From IMG/VR virus record IMGVR_UViG_3300005613_000008, positions 1 to 64,000 of that record: DNA of 64,000 nt; one strand, written 5' to 3'. Position numbers and translations under genes: made by a program. Of the stretch, positions 56,932 to 64,000 are shown piece after piece; position 1 is the stretch's first letter; each line of letters begins with the position of its first letter. The stretch comes from a virus. The notes below the pieces were generated by a model. That model saw only the letters and a program-made list of their open reading frames with translations, did no database searches and was not told the origin of the DNA.

Positions 56932-57743
56932 TGGCAAAAATAGTTTTAAGAAAACCAAAAAAAATAGTTTTAAGACAACCAAGAATAGCAGAAACCACGA
57001 ATATTGATAGAGGACGGAATGACATTACCAGTGGACTTGAGAGTGCTGGAAGTGCTCAGACTATCGAAAGTTCTCCACTTCTTCAGAACAACCAGCCTAT
57101 TGTTACCAGTGGTCTTAGGAGTGCTGGAAGTGCTCAGACTATCGAAGATTCAGTATCAACAACAGGGGATTTGCTAACAGAAAGACAAATAGAAGAAAGA
57201 GAAGAGGTACTAACAGAAAGGGGAGGTTCATCTTCTAGAACTCAAGTATTTGGAGACGAAGAGGACGAAGAATTGAGAATTGGCGGAAGTAGTGTACTTT
57301 TAGGTTTTGATACAGATTTTATTTCCGATGGTTTTTACCAATCATTGAGTCCAAGATTTGGAAATTCAAACTTAGAAGCTCGCGCACGTTCTGCCAATTC
57401 TGTCTTAATAAATAGAACTAGATTATATACTGGTAGAAAATTGGTTTTTGATTATACTCCGATTTCAAGATTTCCAAAACTCAATGTAGCACCACTCACA
57501 AGAGAAATCATTTACTCTGATCTAGAAAAAAATAAACTCTATACAATACTCAACAAAGACAAGACAAACAAGACACAAGCAAGAGAGGCAATAGAAAGTT
57601 ATCTAAATTTGGCGTCACAAGAAGAAATAGAAGATTCAATCATTACAAATCGCTTTGAAAGCAAAAAGAAAATCAAACTATCTTCTGTATCTGAAAATCT
57701 CGTAACAACAAATCCCGGTTCTGGTGGAGGATCTAGTTACTAA
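56931..57743 (+). CDS. hypothetical protein with internal repeats
   Basis: TGATG coupling; duplicated peptides. Confidence 0.65.
   Translation: MAKIVLRKPKKIVLRQPRIAETTNIDRGRNDITSGLESAGSAQTIESSPLLQNNQPIVTSGLRSAGSAQTIEDSVSTTGDLLTERQIEEREEVLTERGGSSSRTQVFGDEEDEELRIGGSSVLLGFDTDFISDGFYQSLSPRFGNSNLEARARSANSVLINRTRLYTGRKLVFDYTPISRFPKLNVAPLTREIIYSDLEKNKLYTILNKDKTNKTQAREAIESYLNLASQEEIEDSIITNRFESKKKIKLSSVSENLVTTNPGSGGGSSY
57025..57146 (+). repeat. 44-nt direct repeat (period 78 nt) in coding sequence
   Basis: TTACCAGTGGACTTGAGAGTGCTGGAAGTGCTCAGACTATCGAA (57025-68) vs TTACCAGTGGTCTTAGGAGTGCTGGAAGTGCTCAGACTATCGAA (57103-46). Confidence 0.92.
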
Positions 57744-57745
57744 AA

Positions 57746-60613
57746 ATGACAATCAAGACCATCAACATAGCAGACTCAAATCTGATTTCTGGCTCTTCTG
57801 AATTGATTCGCCAAGCCCTCGGTGGCTATTGGCAGTCAAGCGACACCACTCTGACTGCGATCAAGACCGAACAACTTTCTCAACAAGTAATTACAGATTT
57901 TGATAGCAACTATGCAGGAACTAACGCTCCTGTCGATCCAACTTCTTTGATCGATTCAGTTAGATATGCCTCTCGCCTTTACGGAACCTCAGACCCATCA
58001 AAAATCCGTTCAGACGAAGAATGGAAAGCTTATGTGGTTGGCGGCACTTTTGGGGCTGCATCCTACCCTGGCGTCTATAATGAGGCAATCTATTTTGACC
58101 ACAAAACCCAGATTGAACTGCCGTTATTTAATAATGAATTAACAGGCAATGATACAATAACTGGAAGAGCAGTAGCCCAATTTTATAACCAATACGAAAG
58201 ATATCAAAATAATCTTGTAAATGTGGCATCGGAACATCTACTTCCAAACTTCTACTTTTTGATTGACAACGGAATTTCAGATCTCGACATCGCCAAGATG
58301 ATCACTCTTGATGGAACAATAGGTAGTGATTATTTTAGCTATGCTGGGTTTATAAGAGAATTAATAGAAGAACAACAAACTATTATTACTTCATCTGCCG
58401 TGCGCGCCCGCGATATTGGAGGAAACTTCTCCCAGAGAATTAATAATTTTATTAATTTTGTATTTCAAGCTGAGGTCTCAGACCCAACGGGTTCTAATCA
58501 AATTAATACACTCTTCTCTAACGTTGCTTCTGATAAGGGTGTCCCACGTTACAGCTACAATAACATCAAAGATTATCTTAATGTTTCTTATGTTAACCAC
58601 ACTTATCAAGATTCTACAGCACAAAGACTTCAAACAAGATTACAAAACATTATGTTTTTGGAACCAAGCGTCCTAAATGAACATAACAATAAAAAGATAG
58701 CGACTGATTTCTCTTTTCTGAAAGATGATAAACAACAAGCAGTCTATTCTTTGATGCCGATGGCTAACGACATAAGTTTTGATGTGGATGTTAACACCAT
58801 CGGGCTAAAGCAAATAATAAAAGATAACGATTATGCTCCAAGATTTCTCAAGACGCTAAAAGAGATTTTTACAAACGAGATTGATCTCAAGCCAACACCC
58901 TATTCCTTCACCCTTGAAGACGCTTACAACAAAGACGTTACCGCAAGACAACTAAACATAGTTGATCTCCCCGAGATGCTTCTTTATGACTACGAGAATC
59001 TTTTATCAAGAACCAATAATGTTTTCTTTTATGGCGATTCATCAACAGAGGTGAAGGCAGCTTTCGACAACACAGGCGTTTACAGGTTTATTAACTCCGA
59101 GATAGCAATCAACACCCTGAACGATGTCGTTGGAATGATTAATACTAATTTTTCACCACCTGAAACTTTAGAACATTTCTTGAATGACCCTGTGACAACA
59201 GATAAAGGACACGAAGTTCTTGCCTACAGAGTTCAGAAAATAGGTGGTCCGCCTACTGGCGATTCACGAACTGAAAACACATTACAGAACTTCTGGTTTT
59301 TCAATCAGGACAGCGCAATTAAGTATGTGGACACTCAAGTCAAATACGGAACAGACTACACTTATAAGATCTTCTCTTATGTCGCAGTTCAGGGTTACAA
59401 ATACAGATTATCCGATCTCGCCGTAACAAGACAGATAGCAAAAGACGAAGACATTTATTGTTTAGAATTTTATGACCCAATGACAGGTGAAACTTCTGCG
59501 AATATTTTCAGCGATGATCAAACAATTGGAATTGAGACCACAAACGAAGCAAACAAGCGAGTGAAACAAGAGTGGCAAGAAGAGGTAAACGCCCTTCTTG
59601 CTCTAATACCCACCGCTCCCGCATCTGATGTGCCTGATTTGGTAGAGCAGTTGAGAGTATTAAATGAAGAAGATCCTCGCGCTGTCTTGGTGGCTAGCTC
59701 TTCCGAGGCCGATGTTAATCGGTTCTTTACTAACGCTCAAGCAAAATCAACATTCCGATACCTTGCTGATCTTAATATAAACATTGAGCCATCTCTCAAG
59801 ATTGTAGAGGTACCAATCCAAGAAAAAACATTCAAAATTTTGGACAACCCACCAAACGATCTTATTGCGACCCCACATCACATTAAAGATCAAAGCAATA
59901 GGTTGGCTTTCTTTTTGTCCTACGACACGTTCTCTCCAAACACAGTGCCTTACCCAGTTGCTCTAACATCACAGGACGTTCAAAACAAGGCTGACTATTT
60001 GACTGCCAATGACTTGTCAGAAAATAGCTTTATTGAAAGCGAATCAGTCTCTATGGCTGAAACCTTCGAGGTCTATCGCCTTTCAAGAAAACCAACTTCT
60101 TACCAAGACTTTGAGAACAACCTACGCAAGTCAATTGATTTAAGAATCCTGAAACAAGGTCGTATCAAGTTGGATGCAATGTTCATGGAGAAGGTGCGTC
60201 CAAATCAAAAATACTACTACACCTTCCGCGCAATAAACGAGAATGGTATCGCGGGTGAGTTCACGCCAATCTTTGAGGCTGAACTAATCAACGATGGCGG
60301 TTATATTTACGGCAACTTCAATCAATTAACAGCCGAAGATTTGGTTACAGATGACATTTCCGAACCATTAATGTCATTCAAGAAACTATTTAATGTCGTT
60401 CCCAACATTCAGCATTTGATTTTAGACTCTACAAATGTAGATTTCTCCAAGTCAGCGTTTGAAGAAGTTGGCAATTTCAAACTAGGAACAGCAGAAGAGT
60501 CGCTATTTAGCTCTGACGAAGAGAAGAGCAAGACCTTCAAGCTTCGTTTGACTTCAAAGAAAACTGGAAAGAAAATTGATCTCAACATTACATTTAACAA
60601 GACGAATGGTTGA
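57746..60613 (+). CDS. virion structural protein with FN3-like segments
   Basis: YVDTQVKYGTDYTYKIFSY and VRPNQKYYYTFRAINENG motifs. Confidence 0.65.
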   Translation: MTIKTINIADSNLISGSSELIRQALGGYWQSSDTTLTAIKTEQLSQQVITDFDSNYAGTNAPVDPTSLIDSVRYASRLYGTSDPSKIRSDEEWKAYVVGGTFGAASYPGVYNEAIYFDHKTQIELPLFNNELTGNDTITGRAVAQFYNQYERYQNNLVNVASEHLLPNFYFLIDNGISDLDIAKMITLDGTIGSDYFSYAGFIRELIEEQQTIITSSAVRARDIGGNFSQRINNFINFVFQAEVSDPTGSNQINTLFSNVASDKGVPRYSYNNIKDYLNVSYVNHTYQDSTAQRLQTRLQNIMFLEPSVLNEHNNKKIATDFSFLKDDKQQAVYSLMPMANDISFDVDVNTIGLKQIIKDNDYAPRFLKTLKEIFTNEIDLKPTPYSFTLEDAYNKDVTARQLNIVDLPEMLLYDYENLLSRTNNVFFYGDSSTEVKAAFDNTGVYRFINSEIAINTLNDVVGMINTNFSPPETLEHFLNDPVTTDKGHEVLAYRVQKIGGPPTGDSRTENTLQNFWFFNQDSAIKYVDTQVKYGTDYTYKIFSYVAVQGYKYRLSDLAVTRQIAKDEDIYCLEFYDPMTGETSANIFSDDQTIGIETTNEANKRVKQEWQEEVNALLALIPTAPASDVPDLVEQLRVLNEEDPRAVLVASSSEADVNRFFTNAQAKSTFRYLADLNINIEPSLKIVEVPIQEKTFKILDNPPNDLIATPHHIKDQSNRLAFFLSYDTFSPNTVPYPVALTSQDVQNKADYLTANDLSENSFIESESVSMAETFEVYRLSRKPTSYQDFENNLRKSIDLRILKQGRIKLDAMFMEKVRPNQKYYYTFRAINENGIAGEFTPIFEAELINDGGYIYGNFNQLTAEDLVTDDISEPLMSFKKLFNVVPNIQHLILDSTNVDFSKSAFEEVGNFKLGTAEESLFSSDEEKSKTFKLRLTSKKTGKKIDLNITFNKTNG

Positions 60614-60659
60614 GAGAATAAAAAAAACAAACTACTATTTAAGTGAGAGAGGAAAATAA

Positions 60660-61691
60660 ATGGGATTTTTAGATAACTCTGGCGACATCATCCTTGACGC
60701 CGTGCTAACAGATGTAGGTAGAAAGAGAATGGCGGAAGGTAACTTCCGCATTGTAAAGTTCGGTCTCGGAGACGACGAGATTGATTACTCACTCTACAAC
60801 GCCAATCATCCATCAGGTTCAGCCTACTATGACCTTGAGATTCTTCAGTCTCCAGTGATGGAAGCTGCCACAAAGCAAGCTTCTTCTATCAAGTATGGAT
60901 TACTAAGCATCACAAGAACTGATTTGGTTTACATGCCTGTTCTTGAACTAAACCAGAAGGCTGGCATTGATTCTGTAATCAAACACAACAACATTATCCT
61001 TCTTGCTGCTAACAAGGCAACCTACACCACTCTTGCTCAAGACGCTAACATTGGTTCATCCAAAATTCTAGAACCCAACACCCTAACACCTTCTGCTAAG
61101 GTAATCGTTGAATCTGGCATCACATCTACTGATCGTCAGCCAACCAGAGAGAACCGTGACAACATGCTCGTCAGCACAAACCTCGTTGACCTTCAGTTTG
61201 ATGTTAGATTTGATAGCCGCTTTATGGCTGGTTTGATTTCTGTTCAGCCACGTCAGGATCAAAGTTTTGCAAACAACACCGATGGTTCTAGAAGAATCAC
61301 CCTTACTGCGTTTGCTAGAAAGTCTGCTGTTTCTGCTACCCAGTTTATGGACAACTATGTCACTGCTGTTGCCGATGGACTTGAAGATCTCGTTCTTCAG
61401 TATACAACCGACACTGGTGGTGATGCAACCGGCGCAAATCTATCACAACTCGCTGGTCCCCGTGGCGGTATGACAGCACTATCATTTGCCCCAAGTACCG
61501 AAATCAATGCTCAAGGCACCGCTTCACCCAGTTATTACAGCCTCTACGGTTCAACCGGTGTTGTTGGAACTTCCCTTGGCTTTGCATCAACTGCTAACTT
61601 TGATTACATTGACACAACAGTTTATGTTCAGGGCTTGACAACTGGTGCCTCAATTCAACTACCAATCAGAATCGTAAGACAGCAGGCTTAA
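60660..61691 (+). CDS. baseplate/tail-attachment protein
   Basis: MGFLDNSGDIILDAVLTDVGRKRMAEG...FGLGDDEIDY; SD GAGAGG. Confidence 0.72.
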   Translation: MGFLDNSGDIILDAVLTDVGRKRMAEGNFRIVKFGLGDDEIDYSLYNANHPSGSAYYDLEILQSPVMEAATKQASSIKYGLLSITRTDLVYMPVLELNQKAGIDSVIKHNNIILLAANKATYTTLAQDANIGSSKILEPNTLTPSAKVIVESGITSTDRQPTRENRDNMLVSTNLVDLQFDVRFDSRFMAGLISVQPRQDQSFANNTDGSRRITLTAFARKSAVSATQFMDNYVTAVADGLEDLVLQYTTDTGGDATGANLSQLAGPRGGMTALSFAPSTEINAQGTASPSYYSLYGSTGVVGTSLGFASTANFDYIDTTVYVQGLTTGASIQLPIRIVRQQA

Positions 61692-61704
61692 TCGGAGAAC
61701 TTAA

Positions 61705-62745
61705 ATGCCTATCAATTATGAAGTAATAAACCCAAACACAGATGTAGCAACTACAAAAACGCTACTACACGAGGTCATTCCACTAACAGGCACAATTGTT
61801 AGCGGCACCTACGGGACATTCCCAGATGACGATAACGTAAAGAACTACTCTCATGGCATGTTCCAGTCTGTCTATGACTACCCATACTTGAGTTCTTCCG
61901 CTAACCACATTTTTGATCTAACTATCGGTTATGACGAAAGCTCTGGTTTCTCTGGTTCAGCTAACACTCAGAATGCCAAGAAGATTAACATGTATAATCA
62001 GTTCTCTCAGGTTCTACTTGGTTACACTGGTTCTGCCAACACAGTTCGTCTTTTCGAGAGTGATCTAGAACTTGATGGGGCAAACCAGATGAAAGAGACA
62101 TTCTTTGTCAATCTTTCACGACTTCTCACAAAAGACGAAATCAAGAAGGGCTCGGTCTCCATCACTCTCGGTACTGCATCTTATGGCTCTCCTTTTGGTG
62201 GTACCGTTACCTACACTGATGCAAATGCAACAAACAACGCCGGAACTCTTAACACTGTTGGTGGAGATTACGGTGTTCTACTTGACACAAGTAACAATCT
62301 AACTGGCGGTATTGTATTTTATCAGGCTGGCGTTATGGTCTTGACGGCTTCTGCATTCAGCGGAGCCTTCGGTCTCCCAACAGACTTCTATGATGGCTTG
62401 ACCCTTGCAGATGTCATGACAGGTTCGGCAATTAGCGCGTCTGCTGATGCATTCCGCCACAGACTACAGAATCTTCAGTTCAACAATACGACTGAGATTA
62501 ACTCAACTGTCTACTTCTGCCGCGCTTCTCACAACAAGTTCAACTACTCAAACAACCCAACTTATTTGAGTTCAAGTGCGATTCGTGTCAAGAACCAAAA
62601 TAGAGACAATCCTCCTGTTTCTTACATTACAACAATCGGTCTCTACAACTCACAGAATGAGCTTCTTGCCGTAGCCAAGCTATCTGAGCCACTACGCAAG
62701 GATCCCACAAACGAACTAACCCTCCGCGTCAGGCTCGATTACTAG
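61705..62745 (+). CDS. baseplate/tail structural protein
   Basis: FNYSNNPTY...YITTIGLYNSQNELLAVAKLSEPLRKD C-terminus. Confidence 0.72.
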   Translation: MPINYEVINPNTDVATTKTLLHEVIPLTGTIVSGTYGTFPDDDNVKNYSHGMFQSVYDYPYLSSSANHIFDLTIGYDESSGFSGSANTQNAKKINMYNQFSQVLLGYTGSANTVRLFESDLELDGANQMKETFFVNLSRLLTKDEIKKGSVSITLGTASYGSPFGGTVTYTDANATNNAGTLNTVGGDYGVLLDTSNNLTGGIVFYQAGVMVLTASAFSGAFGLPTDFYDGLTLADVMTGSAISASADAFRHRLQNLQFNNTTEINSTVYFCRASHNKFNYSNNPTYLSSSAIRVKNQNRDNPPVSYITTIGLYNSQNELLAVAKLSEPLRKDPTNELTLRVRLDY

Positions 62746-62754
62746 GAGGGCACG

Positions 62755-64000
62755 ATGTCCCTCAAGAAGTTCGGACGAAGCGATGTGATAAGAAATGCTA
62801 TGAGGGCTTACCCTCATAACACTTTCTTTATTTACGATTCTTCAGTCTATTACGATCATAGACCGATAGAACAAGGTGCTTTCAATAGCGACATTCTGTC
62901 TGCTTCTGGAGGCATCAGCCTGTTTGAGTACAATATTGATAGAAGCGGAAGCACGGAATTTACATCTTCTCTATTAGTTGATGCAGAAAATTCTTTATTT
63001 CTAAGTGGCGATAACCCGCCCATAATCCCTTACGTGTTTCGTGGCTCTAACAGACAATTCTTAAAAGCGTCTTCTAGGACTCTATCGATTGACAGCACCA
63101 CTGGCGAGAAAACAGGTGGAATTGTTGATGTTTCTGATGCTTTTGTTGCCTCTCAAGGCACGACATCTATCTTTACTGGCTCGACTTATCCAGCCTCTGC
63201 ATCTATAACAAGAGAATTGATGCTCACAGCAGGAGGAAAATCAGAACCAACCCCCCATGTCTACAGCACAAATTATCCTCACTACTATTCTCTACGAAAC
63301 TCTCTCAACTTCTACGGCACACGCTCACCACATTACTTTGTTTCAAGTTCATTATGGAACAAAGACGAACAAGACATCAACCTTATCTCTATTCCAAAGA
63401 TCTTTTATGGAACACGAATCAAGCCCGGCTCGATGTCGCTAAAATTCTACATCACAGGCACATTGGTGGGAGAACTACAAGACACAAAATACAATGGCGA
63501 ATTAATTCAGGTCGGTCCTGAAGGTTCTACAGGTTCTGGCTCAGTTGCTGGAGTCGCAATGTACGAAGAAGGTTTTGTTCTTCTTACAGGTAGTTGGGAT
63601 CTCACCAACGATGCATATGATTTCGGCGCAGGATTAGCGACCGGCTCTTGGTTAAATTATGCAGCAGGAGCAAATGATGGAACAACTGTGTCAACTTCTG
63701 CTTCATTCGATCTTTCTTTCAAAGGTCACACAGAAACACAAGTCCTTACGATGTTTGCCCATGCTCGCAGAGGCGAAATAAATTATTCTAACAACCCGAC
63801 ATTCTTGGATTATGGACAAAGCAGGGTTGCCGTCACGTCTTCAAATGTCTATTTAGAGAATGATGCAGTGACAATAAAGAACACCGTATCGTCAAGTTAC
63901 GAAGGATTTGACGCTCCTTTCGAGAGGCAGGTTTACATTTCTAGAGTCGCTATCTACGATGAAGACAAAAAACTTATCGGAATTGCAACCTTATCTAACC
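62755..64000 (+). CDS. baseplate/tail structural protein, paralog of 61705 (3'-truncated, not in ORF track)
   Basis: SD AGGAGG, ATG 62755 (MSLKKFG); open to the window end; INYSNNPTF...YISRVAIYDEDKKLIGIATLSN. Confidence 0.8.
   Translation, partial: MSLKKFGRSDVIRNAMRAYPHNTFFIYDSSVYYDHRPIEQGAFNSDILSASGGISLFEYNIDRSGSTEFTSSLLVDAENSLFLSGDNPPIIPYVFRGSNRQFLKASSRTLSIDSTTGEKTGGIVDVSDAFVASQGTTSIFTGSTYPASASITRELMLTAGGKSEPTPHVYSTNYPHYYSLRNSLNFYGTRSPHYFVSSSLWNKDEQDINLISIPKIFYGTRIKPGSMSLKFYITGTLVGELQDTKYNGELIQVGPEGSTGSGSVAGVAMYEEGFVLLTGSWDLTNDAYDFGAGLATGSWLNYAAGANDGTTVSTSASFDLSFKGHTETQVLTMFAHARRGEINYSNNPTFLDYGQSRVAVTSSNVYLENDAVTIKNTVSSSYEGFDAPFERQVYISRVAIYDEDKKLIGIATLSN

Noticed and set aside
57025-57146. 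Diversity-generating retroelement template/variable repeat pair
   Set aside because: Both copies are in-frame and adjacent within one gene, only 44 nt long, and no reverse transcriptase is present; simple duplication fits.
1-64000. Stop-codon reassignment, as in some jumbo phages
   Set aside because: TAG, TGA and TAA all terminate well-defined genes (e.g. TAG at 15279, 39763, 62745; TGA in ATGA overlaps), and very long ORFs are intact in the standard code.
1-64000. Eukaryotic giant virus (NCLDV) origin because of PMM, GSII, GT31 and tRNA-Ser(AGA)
   Set aside because: SD sites, sigma70 promoters, coupled operons, a sigma factor, a peptidoglycan peptidase and gp25/gp6 baseplate genes indicate a bacteriophage.

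Overview
A 64-kb segment of a large tailed dsDNA bacteriophage (jumbo myovirus with T4-superfamily-type late and baseplate genes). Essentially all credible genes are on the + strand, tightly packed, with Shine-Dalgarno sites and the standard code (TAA, TAG and TGA all end genes). About 1-18 kb is accessory: small SH3/KOW-like paralogs, a kinase, Nudix, thermonuclease, NTase-ligase fusion, glyoxalase, HExxH proteases, two HIGH-type nucleotidyltransferases, a Fis-like HTH, tRNA-Ser(AGA), a vWA lipoprotein, class II aldolase, eukaryote-type phosphomannomutase, HNH, tRNA-Thr(TGT), a SpoU methylase, PIN-PhoH and a fatty-acid hydroxylase. About 18.8-33 kb is one coupled run: Cas4-like nuclease, glutamine synthetase II, five glycosyltransferases, methyltransferase, sulfotransferase, epimerase, GlmS, a gp55-like sigma factor and gp5-like genes. 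About 33-64 kb is the baseplate/tail module (gp25, gp6, 2076- and 3288-aa proteins). The most interesting signals are: (1) a shared N-terminal MKxxxENWxxFLxE peptide on unrelated enzymes, resembling the T4 capsid-targeting sequence and suggesting packaged, injected effectors; (2) a tRNA-Ser with an A34 anticodon (AGA), atypical for bacteria, alongside TCT-rich structural genes; (3) a hidden +1-frame basic two-Cys peptide after the NTase-ligase gene; (4) a CTAnTTA promoter-like motif; (5) a glycan-synthesis operon next to tail proteins rich in [S/T]-G-S. All family calls are by motif recognition only; no database searches were run.
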